In this document: one piece after another, positions 1 to 6,268 of the stretch
How positions within the stretch are numbered: position 1 is the stretch's first letter
How the letters are laid out: every line of letters begins with the position of its first letter
Origin: an uncultured Elusimicrobia bacterium
GTDB lineage: Bacteria > Elusimicrobiota > Elusimicrobia > F11
NCBI GenBank assembly: GCA_964499015.1
Contig: CAZCJA010000068.1
Coordinates: 1 to 13,613, forward strand
Length of the DNA stretch: 13,613 bases
Reading direction: 5' to 3'
Notes under the pieces: generated by a model
What the model was told of the DNA's origin: nothing
The model's input: the letters and a program-made list of their open reading frames with translations, nothing else
Databases searched by the model: none
Translations under genes and position numbers: made by a program

Positions 1-329
1 TCGGCGACATCATCACCGACTTGGGCGCCATGATCCAGGGCGGCATGGGCATCGCCGCGGGCGGCAACTTGAACCCCGAAGGTGTTTCCATGTTCGAGCC
101 GATCGGCGGTTCCGCTCCCAAATACACGGGCCGCAACATGATCAATCCTCTCGCCGCGATCTGCGCGGGCGGGCTGATGATGGACAACATCGGCCAGGCC
201 GAAGCGGCCGCGTCCATTGAGAACGCGGTGTTTAAAGCGTTGTCGTCGGGAAAAATCGCTTCGCTGGCCGCAGGCAAGATGGGGCTGACCACCACCGAAG
301 TCGGCGATTACATCGCCTCCCTCATTTAA
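1..329 (+). CDS. C-terminal ~108 aa of an isocitrate/isopropylmalate (beta-decarboxylating) dehydrogenase family enzyme; the 5' end lies outside the window
   Basis: The frame is open from the window edge (codons phased from nt 3) to TAA at 327-329. The translation GDIITDLGAMIQGG...NLNPEG.SMFEPIGGSAPKYTGRNMINPLAAI matches the conserved GDILSD and EP.HGSAPD..GK..ANP blocks of the LeuB/Icd/tartrate dehydrogenase family. The usual His is Gly here. Confidence 0.8.
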   Translation, partial: GDIITDLGAMIQGGMGIAAGGNLNPEGVSMFEPIGGSAPKYTGRNMINPLAAICAGGLMMDNIGQAEAAASIENAVFKALSSGKIASLAAGKMGLTTTEVGDYIASLI

Positions 330-1309
330 ACAGTCAGGATTATTTTTCCGGTTTGTTTTTTCTCTTCCATGCGGCGATGAGCATCGCCCGCTTGGTCGAG
401 GGGAAAGGTTTTATCGATGATCGGTTTTATCTTCCCCGAAAAGACGGCCTTCGAGAGATCTTGAAATTCCCGCGACGTGCCCATCTTTCCGCCGAGAATA
501 GACACATCCCGCCCAAAAAGTCTGCGCAGTTCCAGTTCCACTTTCGGTCCCGATAGATCTCCGCAGGTCACGATCCGTCCGTATTTACCGACGGCCATCA
601 TGCTGGTTTCCCAGGTTGCCGGACCCACATGCTCCATCACCACGTCCACCGTTTGATTCGAGTACATTTCATTGGCGCCCGCGGCGCGGATCGCCGGATT
701 TTTTTCCGGGCTGCTCGTGCTCGCGTAGACGGTTGCGCCAATGTACTTGGCGATCTGTACCGCGGCCAATGCCACGCCGCCGCTTGCACCGACAATTAAA
801 ACCCGTTCCCCTTGTTTCAGCTGGGCTCGTCCGACGAGCAGATGCCAGGCGGTGAGATAGGCGAGGGGAAACGCGGCCGCGTTTTCAAACGACAACGTAT
901 CGGGAATGGGGATTACGTTCTGATCCGGAACCAGAACTTTTTCGGCGTACGTGCCCGGGCGTTTGGCGCCCAATATTTCGAAACTGTCGCACTGGTTGTC
1001 CTGGCCTTTTTTGCAATACGCGCATTGGCCGCAAAAAATATTCGGAGCAATCACCACGCGATCGCCGACGGAAACGCCTTCGGCGTCGGGGCCCACATCG
1101 GATATCACCCCCGCGCCGTCCGCGCCAAGCGTATGGGGCAACTTAACCGGATACGCGGGCAGGCCCATGCGGATCCAAATGTCCACATGGTTCAGGGCGG
1201 CGGCTTTCACCTCGACTACCACCTGGTTGCCCGTGGCCTTGGGCGGCTCCACATTGGCCACTTTCAGGACCTCTGGGCCTCCCGCCTGCTCAAAAATGAT
1301 CGCTTTCAT
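326..1309 (-). CDS. Medium-chain dehydrogenase/reductase (zinc-binding alcohol dehydrogenase / quinone oxidoreductase family), 327 aa
   Basis: The likely start is ATG at 1307-1309 (MKAIIFEQAGGPEVL...), a typical MDR N-terminus; the track's 30-aa upstream extension looks spurious. It has a structural-zinc motif CGQCAYCKKGQDNQC (CX2CX2CX7C) and a nucleotide-binding loop VLIVGASGGVALAAVQIAK. GADGAGVI replaces the GHEGAGVV catalytic-zinc block. Confidence 0.9.
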   Translation of the reverse strand: MKAIIFEQAGGPEVLKVANVEPPKATGNQVVVEVKAAALNHVDIWIRMGLPAYPVKLPHTLGADGAGVISDVGPDAEGVSVGDRVVIAPNIFCGQCAYCKKGQDNQCDSFEILGAKRPGTYAEKVLVPDQNVIPIPDTLSFENAAAFPLAYLTAWHLLVGRAQLKQGERVLIVGASGGVALAAVQIAKYIGATVYASTSSPEKNPAIRAAGANEMYSNQTVDVVMEHVGPATWETSMMAVGKYGRIVTCGDLSGPKVELELRRLFGRDVSILGGKMGTSREFQDLSKAVFSGKIKPIIDKTFPLDQAGDAHRRMEEKKQTGKIILTV

Positions 1310-1334
1310 GCGGGCAGAATATCCAAAAAATAGG

Positions 1335-1363
1335 TTGAAAAACAGGCACTTCGGGCTTAAATA
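1335..1363 (+). promoter_or_regulatory. Candidate sigma70-type promoter for the TPR/FliG-like/MotAB operon
   Basis: TTGAAA (1335-1340), a 17-nt spacer, then TAAATA (1358-1363). It sits in the 88-bp divergent intergenic region between the oxidoreductase start (1309) and the TPR gene start (1398). Support is sequence match only. Confidence 0.35.
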
Positions 1364-1397
1364 AGTAGAGCACTTGAGGTTTCCAAGACGAGGGCTC

Positions 1398-2357
1398 ATG
1401 TCGAAGAAGTGGGACGTAAAAACATATCTATTTTTAAGCGCGTTTTTCCTCTTGGCCGCGCTTCCTCAATCCGTTTCCGCCTGGAGCTGGAATTCCGCGG
1501 ACAATGTTTTGCCCTCTCTCCGTGAGGAACTCGATAAAGAAATTGCCGCTTATCGCCTGCAAGTCGGCAATGGTATGAGCATGCAGGACCGCATCATTGC
1601 TTTGGACCGCCTCATCGGCAATTACCAGCCGCTCGGACTCAACATGGTGGAGCTGGAAACCGAACGCTCGCGACTGATGCTGCAGGAAAAACAACGCCAG
1701 CTCCGCTCCGCCGAACTGCAGACCGAAGCCACCCAGCTTTACGATCGCGGCGTCGCCGAATATCGCGAGGGCCAATACCGCGTTTCAATGGAAACCTTTC
1801 AAGAAGCTGAACGTCTTTTGCCGGACGACACCGGAATCAAGGAGCTGCGGCGCAAATTGCAGGGCATAGCGCCGATCACGGAATCGGAAACCGGTTCGAC
1901 CGGTGATTCCAAGCTGATCCGTTTATCCGTCACCCGCTATTTGGAAAACGACCCGAAGCGTTCGATGAACGCGCTCTTGTACGCCGGGGAGCGCTTCAAA
2001 GAGCGTCGTGAAATCGAACGTCTGCAGCAACTGTTGGAATCGAACCATCCCGAAGTCGAAGCGCCGCGTTTGGCCACCGGCATTAATCTGGTGGACCATA
2101 AACTCCAGCTTTCCCTGGAAGCGATTTACGAAGGCCGCTACTTAACCGCCATTTCCGAATGCACCGACGTTCTTGATCTCGAACCCAACAACGTGCTCGC
2201 GCTGACCCGTCTCGGTTCGGCGTATTTCGCCATGAACGAACAGAACAAGGCCCAGCAGGTTTGGACCAAAGCCCTGCAGCTCGATCCGAACAACGAAGTG
2301 TTGAGAAAGTTTTTGTATGGCCGCAAAGGAGCCTCCCGTGTTGAAAAGAACCCTTAA
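1398..2357 (+). CDS. Secreted (periplasmic) tetratricopeptide-repeat protein, 319 aa
   Basis: Starts at ATG 1398 (MSKKWDVKTYLFLSAFFLLAALPQSVSA|WSW), a classic Sec signal peptide with a VSA cleavage site. TPR-like helical repeats include YDRGVAEYREGQYRVSMETFQEAERLLPDD and LEAIYEGRYLTAISECTDVLDLEPNNVLALTRLGSAYFAMNEQNKAQQVWTKALQLDPNN. Its 3' end overlaps the next gene. Confidence 0.8.
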   Translation: MSKKWDVKTYLFLSAFFLLAALPQSVSAWSWNSADNVLPSLREELDKEIAAYRLQVGNGMSMQDRIIALDRLIGNYQPLGLNMVELETERSRLMLQEKQRQLRSAELQTEATQLYDRGVAEYREGQYRVSMETFQEAERLLPDDTGIKELRRKLQGIAPITESETGSTGDSKLIRLSVTRYLENDPKRSMNALLYAGERFKERREIERLQQLLESNHPEVEAPRLATGINLVDHKLQLSLEAIYEGRYLTAISECTDVLDLEPNNVLALTRLGSAYFAMNEQNKAQQVWTKALQLDPNNEVLRKFLYGRKGASRVEKNP

Positions 2358-4050
2358 AAGAACCGCGCTCCTCTTGCTGCTCGCCGTCGTCGGCGCAGCC
2401 GTGCTTTTCGCTGAGTCCTCCTGGGACAGTGAGCGGCTTAACCTTGAAACCAATATTCAAAAACGCGTCGAAGAGGCGTTGTCCAAAATAATCCCGGCGA
2501 ACCAGTTTGTGTTGGTCGTGAAAATCGAGCCGCTCGGACAGCAAATTGACGCCAAGGGAAACCCGGTCGAATCCGGCGATGGCTACTTCCTGCCCGGCGT
2601 TCCGGAGCGCCAGCGTTTCGATAACAATCTGAGCGCCAAAGACTTGGCCAGCGCGCTCAAGCCCGACTCGGCGCTTTTCAAGCGCTTCATTCGCCAGATT
2701 TCCGTCACTCTCGTCATCGATCAGGATATCTCCGAAGAAACCGTCGACAAAGTGCGCGAGCTCACCCGTCAAATGGTGGGCTTGGACCCGCAGCGCGGCG
2801 ATACCATCAACGTGCAGCGCACGGTGTTTCAGAAAGCGCCCATCGCGATCATCGACAATTCGAGCATCGCCCAACTGCAGAACAGCCTGAAAAATTACTG
2901 GGTTGTGATTTTATTGACGCTGATTCTTTTCTGCGTGGGCGTGTTCTTCCTTTTTATGTTCGGTCCGCTGCGTGGCTTTTTAAACCGCTTCGTCCAAGTG
3001 CTGCCGACGCTCAAGCCGCAGGAGAGCGAAGGCCAGTATCCGCGTATGGGCGGCGGCGAGATGCCGTACATGCCGTTCTTCCCCGGTTACGGAGCGCTTC
3101 CCGGCCCTCAGGCTGGCGGCAACGGTTCAAATTTCTCCGGTATGCTGCAGGTGGAAAACCCGAACAAAGTATCCCTGCCGTTCAGCTTCATCCGCGAAGA
3201 CAATTTGGGAAATCTCTCCATTCTTCTGTCGCGTGAAAACCCGGAGAAAGCCGCGGTGGTCCTCGGCTATTTGCCGTCCGAATGGATCAGCCGCGTGCTG
3301 ATGCGCATCGAGCCGGCGATGCAGACGGAAATCGCCCAACATTTGGCCACAACGCGACAGCTTTTGCCGGAACAGGTTGAAGATATTGAACAGGATTTGA
3401 AGCGCCGCTTGGATTATATGGTCGGCGGCCCCGATCGTTTGATTTCTATTTATGAATCGCTGGATTTGGACGCACAGAAGCGCATGGTGGACAGCTTAAA
3501 AGAGTCGCGTCCGGAAGTGGCCGATGAAATTCGTAAGCGCTCCCTTTTGTTCGAGGACTTGGAAAAATTGGACGCCGCCGGTCTTAAAACCATACTGCGC
3601 GAAGTGGATCTGCAAACGCTGGTGATGAGCCTGCACGGCACATCCAGCGCGTTCACCAAGAAGATTATGGATAACGTCTCGCCGGGCAAGGCCGAGATTA
3701 TTAAGGAAGAGCTCGAGACGCAGAAAGTGTTCCCGGGTACGCTGGTTATGGAAGCGCAGCGCAAAGTGGCGCTCATCGCGCGCCGTCTGCGTAAAGAAGG
3801 GCATATCAGCGTGCCGCTGGGCGCAACGGACGCGGCGCCGAGCGTCCGCTACGGCAGCGGTGGATCATTGCGCGACAGTCTGAAGCTGCCGCCCGCCCTT
3901 AAAGGAAACGCGCCGGAGACGGTCGTCGAAGGCGTCACCACCAAAAAGAATGAGCCGGGCAAAAATATCGAAGATCGCATTAAGAAATTTATGAAGCGCG
4001 GGGACAACGAAGAGCGCTATCCCCAAGACGACAATCAAACGGGAGCCTGA
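2338..4050 (+). CDS. Membrane-anchored FliF(C-terminal ring motif)/FliG(M+C domain) fusion-like protein, about 570 aa
   Basis: GTG at 2338 lies 6 nt after AAAGGAG (2325-2331); the in-frame ATG at 2317 is an alternative start. Residue numbers follow the 577-aa track ORF. TM1 is about aa 16-32. The periplasmic segment (aa 33-193) contains ISVTLVIDQDISEETVDKVRELTRQMVGLDPQRGDTINV, resembling the FliF block RLSVAVVV...IEDLTREAMGFSDKRGDTLNV. TM2 is YWVVILLTLILFCVGVFFLFMF, followed by a P/G/aromatic linker. From PFSFIRE (nt ~3172) to about 3816 there is a clear FliG_M + FliG_C: ENPEKAAVVLGYL (EHPQ motif region), MVGG, EIRKRSLLFEDLEKLD, ILREVD and RKVALIARRLRKEGHI. Confidence 0.8.
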   Translation: MLKRTLKRTALLLLLAVVGAAVLFAESSWDSERLNLETNIQKRVEEALSKIIPANQFVLVVKIEPLGQQIDAKGNPVESGDGYFLPGVPERQRFDNNLSAKDLASALKPDSALFKRFIRQISVTLVIDQDISEETVDKVRELTRQMVGLDPQRGDTINVQRTVFQKAPIAIIDNSSIAQLQNSLKNYWVVILLTLILFCVGVFFLFMFGPLRGFLNRFVQVLPTLKPQESEGQYPRMGGGEMPYMPFFPGYGALPGPQAGGNGSNFSGMLQVENPNKVSLPFSFIREDNLGNLSILLSRENPEKAAVVLGYLPSEWISRVLMRIEPAMQTEIAQHLATTRQLLPEQVEDIEQDLKRRLDYMVGGPDRLISIYESLDLDAQKRMVDSLKESRPEVADEIRKRSLLFEDLEKLDAAGLKTILREVDLQTLVMSLHGTSSAFTKKIMDNVSPGKAEIIKEELETQKVFPGTLVMEAQRKVALIARRLRKEGHISVPLGATDAAPSVRYGSGGSLRDSLKLPPALKGNAPETVVEGVTTKKNEPGKNIEDRIKKFMKRGDNEERYPQDDNQTGA

Positions 4051-4053
4051 TAA

Positions 4054-4842
4054 ATGGATTTCATGACATTGTTTGGTTGGCTGATCGGGCTCGGATCCAT
4101 CGGCTGGGTTTTGGCGGATGGGGAAATTTTTCGCTTCTTTTACAATACGCATGCGTTGGTTCTCGTGTTCGGCGGCACCCTCGGTTCCACACTGATCACC
4201 TATCCATGGTCGATCTTAAAACGGCTGCCGCACGCGATGCTCCTATTTATGTTCCCGGGCCGGCGCGAATCCTCCGAAACCGTGATGCAAAGCGTGCTGG
4301 CTCTGTCAGGCCGCGCGCGCCGCTCCGGCATGGAGAGCGTCGAAATCGACATGAACGGCGTGCAGAACCGTTTCCTCGCTAATGGGCTGCGCATGATCGC
4401 CGATGGATTGCCCGCCAATTTGATCCGCGCCAATCTGGAGAAAGAAATCCATTTTATCCGCCTACGTCACGCGGAAGTGGCGAATGTGTTTCGCAACATG
4501 GCTACGTACGCACCGATCTTCGGCCTGCTCGGAACGCTGGTCGGCGTCGTGCAAGTGCTGTTGAACCTGTCGGATCCGCGCACGATGGGCATGCACATGG
4601 CCGTCGCCATGACCGCGACCTTTTACGGCATCTTTGGCGCCAATTTTTTGTTTTTGCCCATCGCCGGCAAACTTCACGCGTATTCGGAACAGGAACTGTT
4701 TCTAAAAGAAGTGATGATCGAAGGGGTGCTGTCCATCCAACGGCAAGAAGTGCCGGCCATTCTTACGCGCCGTTTGCAGGCCTACTTGAATGAAGGCGGC
4801 AAAGCCTTGTCCACAGCGAGCGCGCGCGAAGCAAAAGCATGA
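4054..4842 (+). CDS. motA: MotA/PomA-family stator channel subunit, 262 aa
   Basis: ATG 4054 follows GGGAG (4041-4045). The N-terminus MDFMTLFGWLIGLGSIG...LVLVFGGTLGSTLITYP is MotA-like. Both conserved TM3/TM4 proline blocks are present: YAPIFGLLGTLVGVVQ and TATFYGIFGANFLFLPIAGKL. The C-terminal IEGVLSIQ...P block is MotA-like. A large cytoplasmic loop sits between TM2 and TM3. Confidence 0.9.
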   Translation: MDFMTLFGWLIGLGSIGWVLADGEIFRFFYNTHALVLVFGGTLGSTLITYPWSILKRLPHAMLLFMFPGRRESSETVMQSVLALSGRARRSGMESVEIDMNGVQNRFLANGLRMIADGLPANLIRANLEKEIHFIRLRHAEVANVFRNMATYAPIFGLLGTLVGVVQVLLNLSDPRTMGMHMAVAMTATFYGIFGANFLFLPIAGKLHAYSEQELFLKEVMIEGVLSIQRQEVPAILTRRLQAYLNEGGKALSTASAREAKA

Positions 4843-5501
4843 TCCACCGTCTTTTCCGCCGCAAGTCCGACGACAGCCGCGCCGAAGGCATCTGGCTCAC
4901 TGTTTATTCCGACCTGATGACCAATTTGGTGCTCGTTTTCTTGGCCATGTACGGCCTGGTCACGATGGGCAACAAAGCCATTGAAGAAGCGGCCGTTTCC
5001 ATGAAATCGCCCGGTTCGTCGATCAAGTCCATGGAAGATCAAACCCTTACTCTCGAAAGCGTCACGCTGTTGTTGCGCCAGGAATTCAAAGACAACAGCG
5101 AGGTGGCAATTCTCGAAGAAACGGGCGTGACGCGCATTCAATTGGGCGAAACCATTCTTTTCGATTCCGGCCGCGCGGAGCTAAAGCCATCGGCCAAGCC
5201 CATGCTGGAAAAAGCGGCGACGTTTCTTGTCCTGCTTCCCTATACCATCGTGGTTGAAGGCCACACCGACGACCGTCCTATTAGAGGCGGCGTTTATCGC
5301 GACAATTGGGAGCTGTCGTTGGGGCGTTCGATGTCGGTGGTCGATCTGTTGTCCAAACAAGGCGGGATTCCCGCCAAACAATTGGCGGCCGCGGCCTATG
5401 GCTTCAATCATCCGCGCGCCTCGAACATGACGCCCGACGGCCGCGCATTGAACCGCCGCGTTGAAATCGCGCTCTTCCGCGACGTCCCGTTTACATTATG
5501 A
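4839..5501 (+). CDS. motB: MotB-like stator subunit 1 (N-terminal TM with channel Asp plus OmpA-like peptidoglycan-binding domain), 220 aa
   Basis: Its ATG overlaps the motA stop (ATGA at 4839-4842). WLTVYSDLMTNLVLVFLAMYGLV carries the invariant Asp (GAC 4911-4913). The OmpA-like C-terminus reads GHTDDRPI...NWELSLGRSMSVVDLL...NRRVEIAL. Confidence 0.9.
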   Translation: MIHRLFRRKSDDSRAEGIWLTVYSDLMTNLVLVFLAMYGLVTMGNKAIEEAAVSMKSPGSSIKSMEDQTLTLESVTLLLRQEFKDNSEVAILEETGVTRIQLGETILFDSGRAELKPSAKPMLEKAATFLVLLPYTIVVEGHTDDRPIRGGVYRDNWELSLGRSMSVVDLLSKQGGIPAKQLAAAAYGFNHPRASNMTPDGRALNRRVEIALFRDVPFTL

Positions 5502-6259
5502 GCGACGAAGAGAATCTCGAAGAAGGCGGCGAGGGCGAAGCGGAAGAAATTTCGCTTCCGGAACTCGAAGAGCTTCCGGAGACCGACGCCGCTCAAGGGC
5601 AGGGCGCCGAAGAGGAAGAGGAGAAAAGTTGGTTCGGCGCCAACCGCCGCAAGCGCGCGCCGGTCGGCATGCACCGCGACGCAACGAACTTATGGCTGAT
5701 TTCGTATTCCGATTTTATGACGATTCTTTTCATTTTCTTCCTGGTCATGTATGGTTACGCGGTTCTTGAAAAGCAGCAGCGCATGTCGCAAGGCGCGACG
5801 ATTTCATACGACGCTTTCGCCAAGTTGATGGACCGATTTGAGGGCGTGGTGGGCAGCGCCAATGTGGAGATCACGACGGATTCCAACAAGACCACGGTGC
5901 AAATGAAAGACAGCGTGCTCTTTGCCAGTGGAAGCTCCGAGCTGACGCCAAACGCAAAAACGACTCTGGCGGAACTCTCCAAGTCCCTTAAACTGGTCGC
6001 AGGCGACGTGATTGTGGAAGGCCACACGGACAACGTGCCGATTTTTGGGGGCCGCTACAAGTCAAACTGGGAACTCTCGGCGGCTCGCGCTTTCTCCGTT
6101 ATTGAAGAGTTGACCGCCAACGGCGTGCCGGCGAAACGGCTGGCGGCCTGGGGATTCGGCGAGAACCGGCCGATCAGCAGCAACGTAGAAGAAACGGGCC
6201 GGCGCAACAATCGGCGCATTGAAGTGATAATCTTTAACGACAGAACGCACAACACCTAA
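5498..6259 (+). CDS. motB: MotB-like stator subunit 2 with a highly acidic N-terminal extension, 253 aa
   Basis: Its ATG overlaps the previous stop (ATGA at 5498-5501). The first ~43 aa are Glu/Asp-rich (MSDEENLEEGGEGEAEEISLPELEELPETD...EEEEEK). Then comes LWLISYSDFMTILFIFFLVMYGYAV with the conserved Asp (GAT 5711-5713). The OmpA-like C-terminus reads GHTDNVPI...NWELSAARAFSVIEEL...NRRIEVII. Confidence 0.9.
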   Translation: MSDEENLEEGGEGEAEEISLPELEELPETDAAQGQGAEEEEEKSWFGANRRKRAPVGMHRDATNLWLISYSDFMTILFIFFLVMYGYAVLEKQQRMSQGATISYDAFAKLMDRFEGVVGSANVEITTDSNKTTVQMKDSVLFASGSSELTPNAKTTLAELSKSLKLVAGDVIVEGHTDNVPIFGGRYKSNWELSAARAFSVIEELTANGVPAKRLAAWGFGENRPISSNVEETGRRNNRRIEVIIFNDRTHNT

Positions 6260-6268
6260 GGGGAACGA

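Noticed and set aside
1310-1399. 30-codon upstream extension of the oxidoreductase ORF, and the TTG 1374 start for the TPR ORF
   Set aside because: MDR enzymes start at the MKAIIF-type beta-strand. The two extensions would also make divergent genes overlap each other and the putative promoter. ATG 1398 gives a proper signal peptide.
2083-2874. 263-aa minus-strand ORF, with similar antisense ORFs at 6062-6886 and 12166-12798
   Set aside because: They overlap well-supported plus-strand genes (TPR/FliG-like, MotB-2/REC-GGDEF, cytochrome b). Their translations are Arg/Gly/Asp-rich with no domain signatures.
5555-5581. Direct repeat GCTTCCGGA x2 with 18-nt spacing, and a small hairpin CGGAAG...CTTCCG
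   Set aside because: Both lie inside coding sequence and simply encode the repeated LPE/EEL acidic peptide. They are too short to indicate a regulatory or mobile repeat.
5461-5769. Arg-rich 102-aa alternative-frame ORF, and the antisense ORF at 5496-5684
   Set aside because: These are frame-shifted readings of the GAA/GAG-rich region that encodes the acidic MotB-2 N-terminus. The composition is an artefact.
4054-6259. Alternative reading of the MotA/MotB-like genes as Tol-Pal, ExbB-ExbD or a Zorya-type anti-phage stator
   Set aside because: The B subunits are MotB-type (an Asp-containing TM plus an OmpA-like domain), not TolR/ExbD-type. No TolA/TonB/Pal gene is present. The A subunit has normal MotA length and lacks a long ZorA-like tail. 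No ZorC/ZorD-like helicase or nuclease genes are present, and the adjacent FliG-like torque domain argues for a MotA-FliG-type interaction.
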